Shown one piece after another: positions 40,400-48,356 of a stretch of DNA of 64,000 nucleotides; the stretch's first letter is position 1, and each line of letters opens with the position of its first letter. The notes beneath the pieces are model-generated. The model was not told the DNA's origin and searched no databases. It worked only from the letters and a program-made list of their open reading frames with translations. The DNA lies in IMG/VR virus record IMGVR_UViG_3300032304_000977, positions 64,001-128,000 of that record; one strand, 5' to 3'. A program made the translations under genes and the position numbers. This DNA comes from a virus. Lineage: Duplodnaviria; Heunggongvirae; Uroviricota; Caudoviricetes.

Positions 40400-40529
40400 A
40401 TTCATCCTCATTGTATTCATCATCTATATAACGATGATTCTTGTTAGTCTTGCGTTCTTGAATCTTAAGAATTGCTTTTTTGGCTTTTTTGCCAGAATTA
40501 TCATAATCTTTGCGGTAAGTGTGACCCAT
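40326..40529 (-). CDS. Small basic/acidic hypothetical protein
   Basis: 67 aa, MGHTYRK...DDEYNEDEY; starts right after the gp59 stop; overlaps the downstream gene by 74 nt. Confidence 0.55.
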   Translation of the reverse strand: MGHTYRKDYDNSGKKAKKAILKIQERKTNKNHRYIDDEYNEDEYELNNVQYDRSKQTFRSDKDKQTT

Positions 40530-40530
40530 G

Positions 40531-41148
40531 TTAAATCTCTTCTACTAACTCCATAAAAAATGGTTTAACTTTTGATGCATCATATTTAATGAATCGTTTT
40601 GCTTTGATCATACGACGAATATCATCAGCGAACAAACTACCAATACATTTTTTCCAGTGTTGAAGGTATGGGTGTAAGTCGTCGATAATAATCATAGTCT
40701 CAAGTGTTATATGATTGCCAATAAACATTTGAAATAAATGCGGAACTCTTAGATCTTCAGCTGTCAAGTCTTCTGTAAATTTTGAGAGATTATTTTTCTC
40801 CCATTCTAATCTAATTTTACTTAGATCGTTTTTAAAGACTTGCGTTATTGATTCTTTCCTACGTTTCCACTCTTTGTGATTATGCTCCGATTCAGCTGTA
40901 CCATAGATAATGTCTGTATTCCCCCATGCGCCATAAGCGAAGTTGGAGACTAGGTACTGCGCCATCTCTGCCTTATCGTCGAAGCGTTCAGCAAACTTCG
41001 CGTAAAGAGATTCTTGGTTGCGTTCTTGGAAAGTTTTAGTATTAATTCTAACACGTGCATTATGCTCGCTCAGGTCGTACTTATCAGTTAAGAAATGTAA
41101 TTTAACTGCTAGATACATTCTATAAGCACTTAATGCTTTATTGGACAT
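40531..41148 (-). CDS. gp59: Helicase loader gp59
   Basis: AYRMYLAVKLHF..DKYD...YLVSNF...ITLET.II.D; probable start MSNKAL at 41148. Confidence 0.9.
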   Translation of the reverse strand: MSNKALSAYRMYLAVKLHFLTDKYDLSEHNARVRINTKTFQERNQESLYAKFAERFDDKAEMAQYLVSNFAYGAWGNTDIIYGTAESEHNHKEWKRRKESITQVFKNDLSKIRLEWEKNNLSKFTEDLTAEDLRVPHLFQMFIGNHITLETMIIIDDLHPYLQHWKKCIGSLFADDIRRMIKAKRFIKYDASKVKPFFMELVEEI

Positions 41149-41362
41149 CGATGTCAAGTGTGGCTTGTTTTGGGAAATAGTTGAGTTCTGTAGCATTCGC
41201 TTTAATTTTATCTTTTAAAGATTTATTGATCAATTTTTTGATGTCTTGTGGTTCAAGAAAATTTTCTTTACAATATTCTAACACGGCATCCATGTGAGAA
41301 ATCTTTTTCTCTTTTACCTTATTTTCTATATACAAAGAAAATTGTTTTGGATCTTCAAACAT
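41138..41362 (-). CDS. gp33: Late transcription co-activator gp33
   Basis: FSLYIE..V.EKKISHMDAVLEYC.EN..EP..I.KLI.KSLKDKI..NA.ELNY; probable start MFED at 41362. Confidence 0.9.
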   Translation of the reverse strand: MFEDPKQFSLYIENKVKEKKISHMDAVLEYCKENFLEPQDIKKLINKSLKDKIKANATELNYFPKQATLDIDVQ

Positions 41363-41630
41363 TTTTATTGAGATGGTATCTAGTTCTTGCGATAAATTTG
41401 TCAACCTCATCATATTCTTTCAATTTTTTTCTATAAGTTATCCAAGCTGGACTGTCGAAATTAATAGATTCATTCATTTCCTTTTCATTCTCTTCTAAGA
41501 ACTCGGAAAAATATTTATCTAATTTCATTTTTTGAACAATATACTTATTATATAACGTATACAATGATTCAGAATTATCTGAGCAGTTTACGAAATTAGC
41601 AAAATCTACATGGTCTTTTGATATATCCAT
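41355..41630 (-). CDS. Hypothetical protein
   Basis: 91-aa ORF tiling with its neighbours. Confidence 0.65.
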   Translation of the reverse strand: MDISKDHVDFANFVNCSDNSESLYTLYNKYIVQKMKLDKYFSEFLEENEKEMNESINFDSPAWITYRKKLKEYDEVDKFIARTRYHLNKNV

Positions 41631-41633
41631 ATG

Positions 41634-41783
41634 TTATTCCGCAGTAGTTGGTGATGGATTGAACGCATCCTTCATAAATTTAACAACTTGACTGTATTTG
41701 GCAAAGATATATGTTGTATAACCAGTATCGTTCTCTACCTCAACAACAAAACCATTTGCAACTTTTTTGATTTGAATTTCCAT
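41634..41783 (-). CDS. Small hypothetical protein (49 aa, absent from the ORF track)
   Basis: MEIQIKKVANGFVVEVENDTGYTTYIFAKYSQVVKFMKDAFNPSPTTAE*; AGGAG Shine-Dalgarno upstream. Confidence 0.7.
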   Translation of the reverse strand: MEIQIKKVANGFVVEVENDTGYTTYIFAKYSQVVKFMKDAFNPSPTTAE

Positions 41784-41792
41784 TTTAATCTC

Positions 41793-42824
41793 CTAATGAA
41801 TCTGAACAGTATACGAAGATACTTTACTTGCTAGTTGATTGTTTAACAACAAGTTCAACGTAACTGGAACCTTAGCATCGGTGATGACGACTGAGGTATG
41901 TGTTTTAAAATAATGCGATGTATTAAAGAATAGATAATTCTCTTTCTTCGAAGACCCAGCGCTGATGAATTCGCTCATCTTAACATCATGAATTGTATAT
42001 CTAAGTTGCTCAACGACAGAACCATTCGCATCTTTTAATATCACAGTAGTAGTAACTGTATTATATTTTGGAAAATTGGTCAACTCATAACCGATATTGT
42101 GACATCGATCGGTATTGATTGAGTTTCGATTTTCAACAAAACAATACGAATATCCTGGACGAACTTGACTTTCTGATCCATTGTGTAAAATATTCCCAAC
42201 AACAAGAACAGGATGCGAAAATGCCACAGGCGTATAAACATTTGAGTTATATGTTTTCTTATCACGATTTATATTACCAGCAACTTTGGTAAAATTCTCA
42301 AAGTCATTAACCCACTTCTGTTGCCACTGAACAGTTCCTTGAATGGTCACAGCTGTTGTTATGTGATTTGGAGAAATAGAAACATCCTTGGTTTCAAAGT
42401 GAAGCATACTTCCTTTAGAATCCAATTTTTGCATCACGTCAACTCTATTGTTCATCTCACGAATTTTAGAATGCGCTCTCTCATCAAATAGTGGTTTATC
42501 TTTTTCGACTTTAAATGTACTTGGTTTCGTTTCATCAACAACCGATCGCACAACTGTATGCCATCGACCATCTAGTTGGTACGAATCAATAATTTCGGAT
42601 TTGATAATAATTCCAGAAACATAATCGTCAATTTGTTCATTATATGTATCGTTCTTTGCGATACGATGTCCAAGGTTAAACGAACCAGTAACTTGTTCAA
42701 TCGCAATAATTTTTGCTCTACGAACTGCTTGTTCCTCTGTTTCGCCAATACCTTTAGTTTCAACAGTAACAGCAGCAAAAGCAACCTGCGAAATAAGACA
42801 GGTTGCTAAGGCGAGTTTCTTCAT
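41793..42824 (-). CDS. Exported protein (signal peptide; LPP20/FlgT-N-like N-terminal domain)
   Basis: MKKLALATCLISQVAFA signal peptide; GIGETEEQAVRRAKIIAIEQVTG motif. Confidence 0.55.
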   Translation of the reverse strand: MKKLALATCLISQVAFAAVTVETKGIGETEEQAVRRAKIIAIEQVTGSFNLGHRIAKNDTYNEQIDDYVSGIIIKSEIIDSYQLDGRWHTVVRSVVDETKPSTFKVEKDKPLFDERAHSKIREMNNRVDVMQKLDSKGSMLHFETKDVSISPNHITTAVTIQGTVQWQQKWVNDFENFTKVAGNINRDKKTYNSNVYTPVAFSHPVLVVGNILHNGSESQVRPGYSYCFVENRNSINTDRCHNIGYELTNFPKYNTVTTTVILKDANGSVVEQLRYTIHDVKMSEFISAGSSKKENYLFFNTSHYFKTHTSVVITDAKVPVTLNLLLNNQLASKVSSYTVQIH

Positions 42825-43498
42825 TATCGAAGTCCCTCAATCATAGATTTCAATTGATGAGAAGCAGCAACTGAATGCTTGGAAACACGAACCTCAATCG
42901 ATACTAAATTGCTGTCTTTCTCAACATTACGATTAGTAATTACCAAACCACGCAATAGAGCAGCAGAATTATCAGTCATTTGTTCTTTCACATAAGTAGC
43001 AACACGTTGACCTTTGATGCGATCTTCAGCAGTCATTGTTTCTGAGTTACCACCACCTTCATCCAGAAGATCTAAAGATTCTGAATTATCAGTGCCCTCT
43101 TTTTTATTGGATTTAATAGAATCGTTAAGATCGCTCTTCATCAATGTCTTCGTGATAGTCTTTGAGAATTTATTAGAACTAACATCGTTCGACAAAAACT
43201 CAGCAACATTTCGTTTAGCACGCATCAATGCGATATTATATGCATCTTCGCGAGAAGATGTATGGTTGGTTTGAATATATGCAGTTCCTGTTGATACAAG
43301 ACCAAAGAAATTTCCTGCTTCATCAAATTCAACTTTAACCATACCATTGGTCTTCAAAAATTCTGCTTCTTTGCGTTCAAGTTTAGCAACTGGTGCTGGC
43401 ATATCAGCTGGTAATTTAGTTTCGATAACAGGTTTCGATGTCGAACAACCAGTAGCGAATAACGCAAGAACAGACATAACAACAATACTTCGTTTCAT
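42824..43498 (-). CDS. Lipoprotein (LPP20-like)
   Basis: Lipobox FATG-C after a hydrophobic signal; A...A.MRAKRNVAEFL motif. Confidence 0.6.
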   Translation of the reverse strand: MKRSIVVMSVLALFATGCSTSKPVIETKLPADMPAPVAKLERKEAEFLKTNGMVKVEFDEAGNFFGLVSTGTAYIQTNHTSSREDAYNIALMRAKRNVAEFLSNDVSSNKFSKTITKTLMKSDLNDSIKSNKKEGTDNSESLDLLDEGGGNSETMTAEDRIKGQRVATYVKEQMTDNSAALLRGLVITNRNVEKDSNLVSIEVRVSKHSVAASHQLKSMIEGLR

Positions 43499-43531
43499 TT
43501 CAAGTTTCCTCTTTAGTGTTAAGGTAATTCA

Positions 43532-43560
43532 ATTATACAATATAATATAATAAAAGTCAA
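43532..43560 (-). promoter_or_regulatory. sigma70-type early promoter
   Basis: TTGACT-N17-TATAAT. Confidence 0.8.
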
Positions 43561-43601
43561 TACCCTAGCAAAAAATATTTCCGAAGTTCGGATTTAATAA
43601 C

Positions 43602-43628
43602 AAAAAATGGGAGACCGAAGTCTCCCAT
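43602..43628 (-). terminator. Intrinsic terminator after the TROVE/vWA gene
   Basis: ATGGGAGAC-TTCG-GTCTCCCAT followed by a U-tract on the minus strand. Confidence 0.85.
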
Positions 43629-43631
43629 CGC

Positions 43632-45065
43632 TTAGATCGCATAACGATCGATCATTACTGCTTTCATCATCATTGCTTCTGGTGTGAACTTTTCAGTATC
43701 GCCACCAACAACAGCAGTCATGATAGCTGGCGAGAAGCCAGATACCAGCGCAACTCCACGTGTGTCGTATTTCACTGGCACATTGTCAGCTGCGTTTAGA
43801 TTCCAGAACACGATCTTTGGTAGTTCGTATCCTGCTTCTTCGTACTTACGTGCAATCATTTTCATAGCAGAGTCGTCAAACTTTGCGCATTGATCGAATT
43901 GCATGTCAGACAGAATCAACAGCATCTCTGGCATTTCTTCTTGTGGCACATCACCTTTTACGGCAGTGTCAAGAACCAACTTCATGGCTTTCACCAAGTC
44001 AGTGTTCATACCCCAGTCAGATTTAACCATTTGTTGAACCTTCTGCACGATGTTACCGTTCAGGTGTAGCAACTCTGGCTTCGCAGAGAAAGTTAAGAAC
44101 GTATCCTTGAACTTACCTGTGTTCTTATCAGCTAAGTACAAACCAAGCGAAACCGCAACGTCCAAGCAAGATGTTTTGCTGTTAGAGTTACGACCTCCAG
44201 CTGGGCACATCATAGAGCCTGACACGTCAACAAGTGGCAACACGTTAGCATCACCAACAAAGTTTTCCATAGCATCCCATTGTGCTTGAAGTGCGCCCAA
44301 CTCTGTTGGGTTGTAGTTCTTGTTGTAAGAACCAATCACACCCTTTAGAACATCGTATGGGAATACTGCACCAGCATTGATCTTCACTTGAACAGTGCGA
44401 TCTTTTGGATCCTTCAACAGTTCAGCTACATATTTTGCATACTCTGGAGTGTTACGGTAGAATGCTTTCTTGTAACGTGCAGAAGCAACCGATGGAACAT
44501 GACTGAAGTTGATGGCATCCCACTCTTTTGCGCACATTTGCGTTTCAACAACTTTAGTCATTTCGACTAAAGACTTACGGTAAAACTTTGGTGACATGCC
44601 AAAAAAGTTACGAATCTCAACAGCGACATCACCCTTACGTGGAGTCCACTTTGCAGCCAAACCATTTTTCTCACGAAGAGCATCACCCAGCATTGTAAAC
44701 GCATGAGTCTTTGTGTTCTTAACAACAAAGATGTCATCCCAACGACCGATCTCTGGAACTTTATTCAACAGAGCCTTCGCATCTTCAGGTGCGTGCTTAT
44801 CTAGATACGTCAAGATTTGACGGAACAGTTCACGTTCACCTGCGCCACCACGTGCGTCACGAACCCATTGCGCAATACGTAGTGCTACCTCACGATTTTC
44901 TACATACGCAGCAACGAAGTCCTTAGTGATATCTTTACCACGAGAGGCACCGATTTTGAAGAACAGGTCTACGCAAGCAGATGCTGTGGATTTACGAGCC
45001 AACATTCCATTGGCTGTACGAGCTTCTTGGTTTTTAACCGCATTCACAAATGTATTCATTTTCAT
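43632..45065 (-). CDS. TROVE/Ro60-like RNA-binding protein with C-terminal vWA domain (DUF2828-type)
   Basis: 477 aa; helical N-terminal region with GRWDD, AKWTPR, INFSHVPSVA; MIDAS motif DVSGSM, then T-D and ILSDMQFD, FWNL. Confidence 0.8.
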   Translation of the reverse strand: MKMNTFVNAVKNQEARTANGMLARKSTASACVDLFFKIGASRGKDITKDFVAAYVENREVALRIAQWVRDARGGAGERELFRQILTYLDKHAPEDAKALLNKVPEIGRWDDIFVVKNTKTHAFTMLGDALREKNGLAAKWTPRKGDVAVEIRNFFGMSPKFYRKSLVEMTKVVETQMCAKEWDAINFSHVPSVASARYKKAFYRNTPEYAKYVAELLKDPKDRTVQVKINAGAVFPYDVLKGVIGSYNKNYNPTELGALQAQWDAMENFVGDANVLPLVDVSGSMMCPAGGRNSNSKTSCLDVAVSLGLYLADKNTGKFKDTFLTFSAKPELLHLNGNIVQKVQQMVKSDWGMNTDLVKAMKLVLDTAVKGDVPQEEMPEMLLILSDMQFDQCAKFDDSAMKMIARKYEEAGYELPKIVFWNLNAADNVPVKYDTRGVALVSGFSPAIMTAVVGGDTEKFTPEAMMMKAVMIDRYAI

Positions 45066-45072
45066 TTCCTTT

Positions 45073-45197
45073 CAACAGAATAGTTTTCTTCTTTTTGTTT
45101 TACATGAGAACACGAAACTCATGTCGTTCGGGTTTCCCCAAACCAGCTTTGATACATGGCTTGAAGCCATGTTAGTTTTGTTTGCTGAACCTATTCT
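45073..45197 (-). ncRNA. Y-RNA-like structured RNA, copy 1
   Basis: AGAATAG-GTT-CAGCAA ... CTATTCT-GTTG terminal stem; internal hairpins ACATGGC/GCCATGT, GGG-GAAA-CCC, ACATGAG/CTCATGT. Confidence 0.65.
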
Positions 45198-45215
45198 AAT
45201 TCAATACTAAAATAT

Positions 45216-45426
45216 CGGGATGGTTGTTCTGTGATTTTCTGTTTACTCTAACAGGTGCGCAATTGAACCGCACAAACCCTGATGGATTACCATCATCTTT
45301 CTGTCTTTCCCAGTGTCACTATTTGTTTCAGCTTCGTTGCCTAGTCACGTAATTGACATCTTACGATGTTTCCTCCTGTAGTGACAACTCTAGTACGTTA
45401 GTATTTTAGAGTGCTGTACCCATCCC
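45216..45426 (-). ncRNA. Y-RNA-like structured RNA, copy 2 (about 210 nt)
   Basis: GGGATGG-GT-ACAGCA ... CCATCCC-G terminal stem; internal ACATC-GTAA-GATGT, TGATGG/CCATCA and a T-arm-like GTGCG-GTTCAATT-GCGCAC. Confidence 0.6.
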
Positions 45427-45445
45427 ATTTCTCAAACATAACTTA

Positions 45446-45474
45446 ATTATACCTTAATTTTTTATATTTGTCAA
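45446..45474 (-). promoter_or_regulatory. sigma70-type early promoter driving RNA copies 2 and 1 and the TROVE gene
   Basis: Perfect TTGACA-N17-TATAAT. Confidence 0.85.
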
Positions 45475-45502
45475 GCACTTTTTTAATTTATCTCCGAACA
45501 GT

Positions 45503-45988
45503 TTATGCAACTTTCGAATTCGTCAATCCTTTGAATCTATCTGCAGCATAAGATGCTGCAAATGCTCTTGGTTTTACAAGTGGCACAACATTACACATAC
45601 CACGAACATACCCAATGGCTTCGTTAATCACACAAGAAGATCCATGCATTTCATTCGGATTAATATCAAGATGAACTTCGATATCATTTGGAATCACTTT
45701 GGCGAGTTCTAAGTATAGTTCTGAAACTTTATAAACTTCGTTCATCAGTCTCATACGTGGACGACTGAATCTTTGATCAAAATCCATTTCTTTTTGAACA
45801 GCACCAAAAATTTTACATCCATTATTACCATTAATGTGAACAACAACAGCAAGAATGTAATCAGCATACCATTGTTTACCAACTTTGTACCTTTCTGAAT
45901 CACACCCGATGTATAATTTTGTGCTATCATCGAGCGATTCAACAAAGTCTCTAATTTCTAACACATTAATTTTTTCTTTAAATCTCAT
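45503..45988 (-). CDS. RNase H-like YkuK-family protein
   Basis: LYIGCDSE, RMRLMNEVY, EVHLDIN, AASYAAD acidic-residue pattern. Confidence 0.75.
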   Translation of the reverse strand: MRFKEKINVLEIRDFVESLDDSTKLYIGCDSERYKVGKQWYADYILAVVVHINGNNGCKIFGAVQKEMDFDQRFSRPRMRLMNEVYKVSELYLELAKVIPNDIEVHLDINPNEMHGSSCVINEAIGYVRGMCNVVPLVKPRAFAASYAADRFKGLTNSKVA

Positions 45989-46004
45989 CTTTGTATTCCT
46001 TAAT

Positions 46005-46090
46005 TGGTACGAGTGGAGGGACTTGAACCCTCAATCCCTTACGGGCGACAGATTTTAAGTCTGTAGTGTATACCATTCCACCACACTCGC
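46005..46090 (-). tRNA. trnL: tRNA-Leu(UAA)
   Basis: Cloverleaf; ACAGA-CTTAAAA-TCTGT; long variable arm; CCA encoded. Confidence 0.93.
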
Positions 46091-46093
46091 ATT

Positions 46094-46627
46094 TTAGTAT
46101 GCCCATGCCACAAACGTGTATCTGACTCCTTCTGTAACTTCTTCAACTCTATGTGGATAAAGAAAGGTTGATGGGAAAATGATAATATCGCCTTGTTTCA
46201 TTTTAACAACATTATTGTTCATAACAAATTGTCCACCATTAAAATTATCATTCAACAAACCAAGAAACGATAGAACAGGAATGCCATCATTCTGTGTTCT
46301 TCTAATCAAATCAAAATGCTCTGACATGATTGTGCCTGTACTGTATTTGTTTAATCTTATATTACTATGATTGCTTACCAGATTATTTAAGGACAAGTCT
46401 TTGTAATAATTATCTAATGCTTGTTTTAAATATGGTTTTAGAGGTTCTAGATTTTTGTTATACAAAACATCTAACTCTTTTTGATGATGACTTTTACTTT
46501 CATCAGAAACATTATTGTACCATGTATGTGTCTTCCATTCATTATCGTTACTATATGTGCTAATGATGTCAGAACAAATTGTTTCTGGTACCAAATTATA
46601 TACTTTTACAAAATTGTTTAGATTCAT
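46094..46627 (-). CDS. 2OG-Fe(II) oxygenase (prolyl-4-hydroxylase-like)
   Basis: HFD...GG...FPSTFLYPHRVEEVTEGVRY intact HxD...H...R; start MNLNNF at 46627 (the longer ORF call runs into a tRNA). Confidence 0.88.
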   Translation of the reverse strand: MNLNNFVKVYNLVPETICSDIISTYSNDNEWKTHTWYNNVSDESKSHHQKELDVLYNKNLEPLKPYLKQALDNYYKDLSLNNLVSNHSNIRLNKYSTGTIMSEHFDLIRRTQNDGIPVLSFLGLLNDNFNGGQFVMNNNVVKMKQGDIIIFPSTFLYPHRVEEVTEGVRYTFVAWAY

Positions 46628-46639
46628 ATAATCCTCATT

Positions 46640-46714
46640 TGGTGGGCTGGGAGAGAATTGAACTCTCACTCAATCGATTATGAGTCGACTGCTTTACCAT
46701 TAAGCTACCAGCCC
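46640..46714 (-). tRNA. trnI: tRNA-Ile2(CAU), probably lysidine-modified
   Basis: GTCGA-CTCATAA-TCGAT arm resembling bacterial ileX; CCA encoded; Ile2 versus Met identity is inferred. Confidence 0.8.
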
Positions 46715-46723
46715 AAATATTTA

Positions 46724-46801
46724 TGGTACCCCTGCTCGGAGTTGAACCGAGAGAACTCTTCCTTTTGAGAGAAGCGACTTTGCCAATTTGTCCACAGGGG
46801 C
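46724..46801 (-). tRNA. trnL: tRNA-Leu(CAA), short variable arm
   Basis: CTTCT-CTCAAAA-GGAAG; Leu-type D-loop; A73; CCA encoded. Confidence 0.85.
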
Positions 46802-46807
46802 AACATC

Positions 46808-46897
46808 TGGCGGTGCGACTGAGACTCGAACTCAGAACCCGACTTTCGTCAAGCGACGGATTAGCAATCCGCTCTAATACCATTATAGGACCGCACC
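46808..46897 (-). tRNA. trnS: tRNA-Ser(GCU)
   Basis: GCGGA-TTGCTAA-TCCGT; long variable arm; G73-CCA. Confidence 0.93.
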
Positions 46898-46901
46898 AAA
46901 C

Positions 46902-47465
46902 TTACATTGTTGGACCATTACCATTCTTGAAACCCACGCTACCACCTTCGTCTTTGATTCTTTGAATCACGTCTTCAAACAAGATGGGTCTGAAGTCTGT
47001 TTGTTCAACGCAGACACAGTGATAGCGTGGATCAACAACACCATTTTTCATTACACGATTTGTGTGTAAGTGACCATGAATGTTAGTACCGAACCTACCT
47101 AAACTTTCTTCATGAATCGGTATGTGGCTTAAGATCATCCCGTTCATTACGTGGTATGCACGCAATTCACGAAAGTGTTCACGGTATTCATCATCTCGAA
47201 AGATGTCATGGTTACCACGAATCAAAACTTTATCACCATTCAACCTACGCATGATTCCCAATGCTTTACGGTTGATAACTACGTCACCAAGATGATATAC
47301 TTTATCAGTTGGCTTTACAGTTTCGTTCCACATCTTAACCATGGCTTCATCCATTTCATCTGGATCAGTCCATGGGCGAATCTTTACATCAGTGTCACCA
47401 TGCGTGAACCTGCATACGCCAGCGTGACCAAAGTGCGTATCGCTTACTAAGAATACACTTGGCAT
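46902..47465 (-). CDS. Calcineurin-like metallophosphoesterase
   Basis: SDTHFGH, HLGD, RGNHD, SHIP, HGHLH motifs. Confidence 0.92.
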   Translation of the reverse strand: MPSVFLVSDTHFGHAGVCRFTHGDTDVKIRPWTDPDEMDEAMVKMWNETVKPTDKVYHLGDVVINRKALGIMRRLNGDKVLIRGNHDIFRDDEYREHFRELRAYHVMNGMILSHIPIHEESLGRFGTNIHGHLHTNRVMKNGVVDPRYHCVCVEQTDFRPILFEDVIQRIKDEGGSVGFKNGNGPTM

Positions 47466-47487
47466 ATCAAACTCCCTATAAAATTAT

Positions 47488-47516
47488 ATTATACCTCGAA
47501 ACAAATTAAATGTCAA
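47488..47516 (-). promoter_or_regulatory. sigma70-type early promoter
   Basis: TTGACA-N17-TATAAT. Confidence 0.85.
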
Positions 47517-47535
47517 TACTCTGATTATCTAATAC

Positions 47536-47611
47536 TGGAGCGGAAGACGAGATTCGAACTCGCGACATTCTGCTTGGCAAGCAGACATTCTACCAACTGA
47601 ATTACTTCCGC
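47536..47611 (-). tRNA. trnG: tRNA-Gly(GCC)
   Basis: TCTGC-TTGCCAA-GCAGA; CCA encoded. Confidence 0.95.
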
Positions 47612-47617
47612 ATATTT

Positions 47618-47693
47618 TGGGGTGTCTTATGGGGAACGATCCCATACTACGACTTTCACAGAGTCGGGTGCGAACCTCTACACTAAAGACACC
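47618..47693 (-). tRNA. trnH: tRNA-His(GUG)
   Basis: CGACT-CTGTGAA-AGTCG; G-1:C73; atypical T-loop ATCGTTC. Confidence 0.9.
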
Positions 47694-47699
47694 ATAGAT

Positions 47700-47774
47700 T
47701 GGTAGGGGATGTGGGAATCGAACCCACTCAACTGATTTCAAAGACCAGGATCTGCTCCAATCGATTTATCCCCA
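47700..47774 (-). tRNA. trnQ: tRNA-Gln(UUG)
   Basis: CTGGT-CTTTGAA-ATCAG; CCA encoded. Confidence 0.9.
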
Positions 47775-47780
47775 ATAATT

Positions 47781-47855
47781 TGGTGGTGATGGTTGGATTC
47801 GAGCCAACGACCTGCTCCGTATGAAGGAGATGCACTACCACTGTGCTACATCACC
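47781..47855 (-). tRNA. trnM: tRNA-Met(CAU), elongator-like
   Basis: TCTCC-TTCATAC-GGAGC; paired 1:72; CCA encoded. Confidence 0.85.
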
Positions 47856-47861
47856 ATAATT

Positions 47862-47935
47862 TGGCATCCCGCTAGGGACTCGAACCCCAACCAACAGTTT
47901 TGGAGACTGCTATGCTGCCATTACACCAGCGAGAT
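47862..47935 (-). tRNA. trnW: tRNA-Trp(CCA)
   Basis: GCAGT-CTCCAAA-ACTGT; CCA encoded. Confidence 0.92.
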
Positions 47936-47940
47936 ATATT

Positions 47941-48015
47941 TGGTAGCCATGGACAGTTTCGAAATGTCGACCTATCGCTTATCAAGCGATTGCTCTTCCT
48001 CTGAGCTACACGGCT
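47941..48015 (-). tRNA. trnI: tRNA-Ile(GAU)
   Basis: ATCGC-TTGATAA-GCGAT; CCA encoded. Confidence 0.93.
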
Positions 48016-48023
48016 GTATACTA

Positions 48024-48098
48024 TGGCACCCAATGAGAGAATCAAACTCCCAACCCAGCGTTCGTAGCACTGTGTGATATTCATTTCACCAATCGGGT
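48024..48098 (-). tRNA. trnR: tRNA-Arg(ACG)
   Basis: CAGTG-CTACGAA-CGCTG; D-loop lacks GG, T-loop TTTGATT. Confidence 0.85.
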
Positions 48099-48099
48099 A

Positions 48100-48174
48100 T
48101 GGTGCTCGGTGAGAGATTCGAACTCCCGACCCCGATCTTGTAAGGATCGTCTTCTACCACTGAATTAACCGAGC
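48100..48174 (-). tRNA. trnV: tRNA-Val(UAC)
   Basis: CGATC-CTTACAA-GATCG; CCA encoded. Confidence 0.93.
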
Positions 48175-48179
48175 AAATT

Positions 48180-48269
48180 TGGCGGAAGCGGTGAGATTCG
48201 AACTCACGGACCTTTTCAGATCGTCTGTTTTCAAGACAGGTGCAATAAACCAGACTCTGCCACACTTCC
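48180..48269 (-). tRNA. trnS: tRNA-Ser(UGA)
   Basis: CTGT-CTTGAAA-ACAG; long variable arm; G73-CCA. Confidence 0.93.
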
Positions 48270-48274
48270 ATAAT

Positions 48275-48351
48275 TGGTGCCCCAAGCGAGACTCGAACTC
48301 GCAAAATTTGGTTTCTAAGACCAACACGTATACCAATTCCGTCATCGGGGC
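48275..48351 (-). tRNA. trnL: tRNA-Leu(UAG), short variable arm
   Basis: TTGGT-CTTAGAA-ACCAA; 5-nt variable region; CCA encoded. Confidence 0.9.
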
Positions 48352-48356
48352 AAAAA

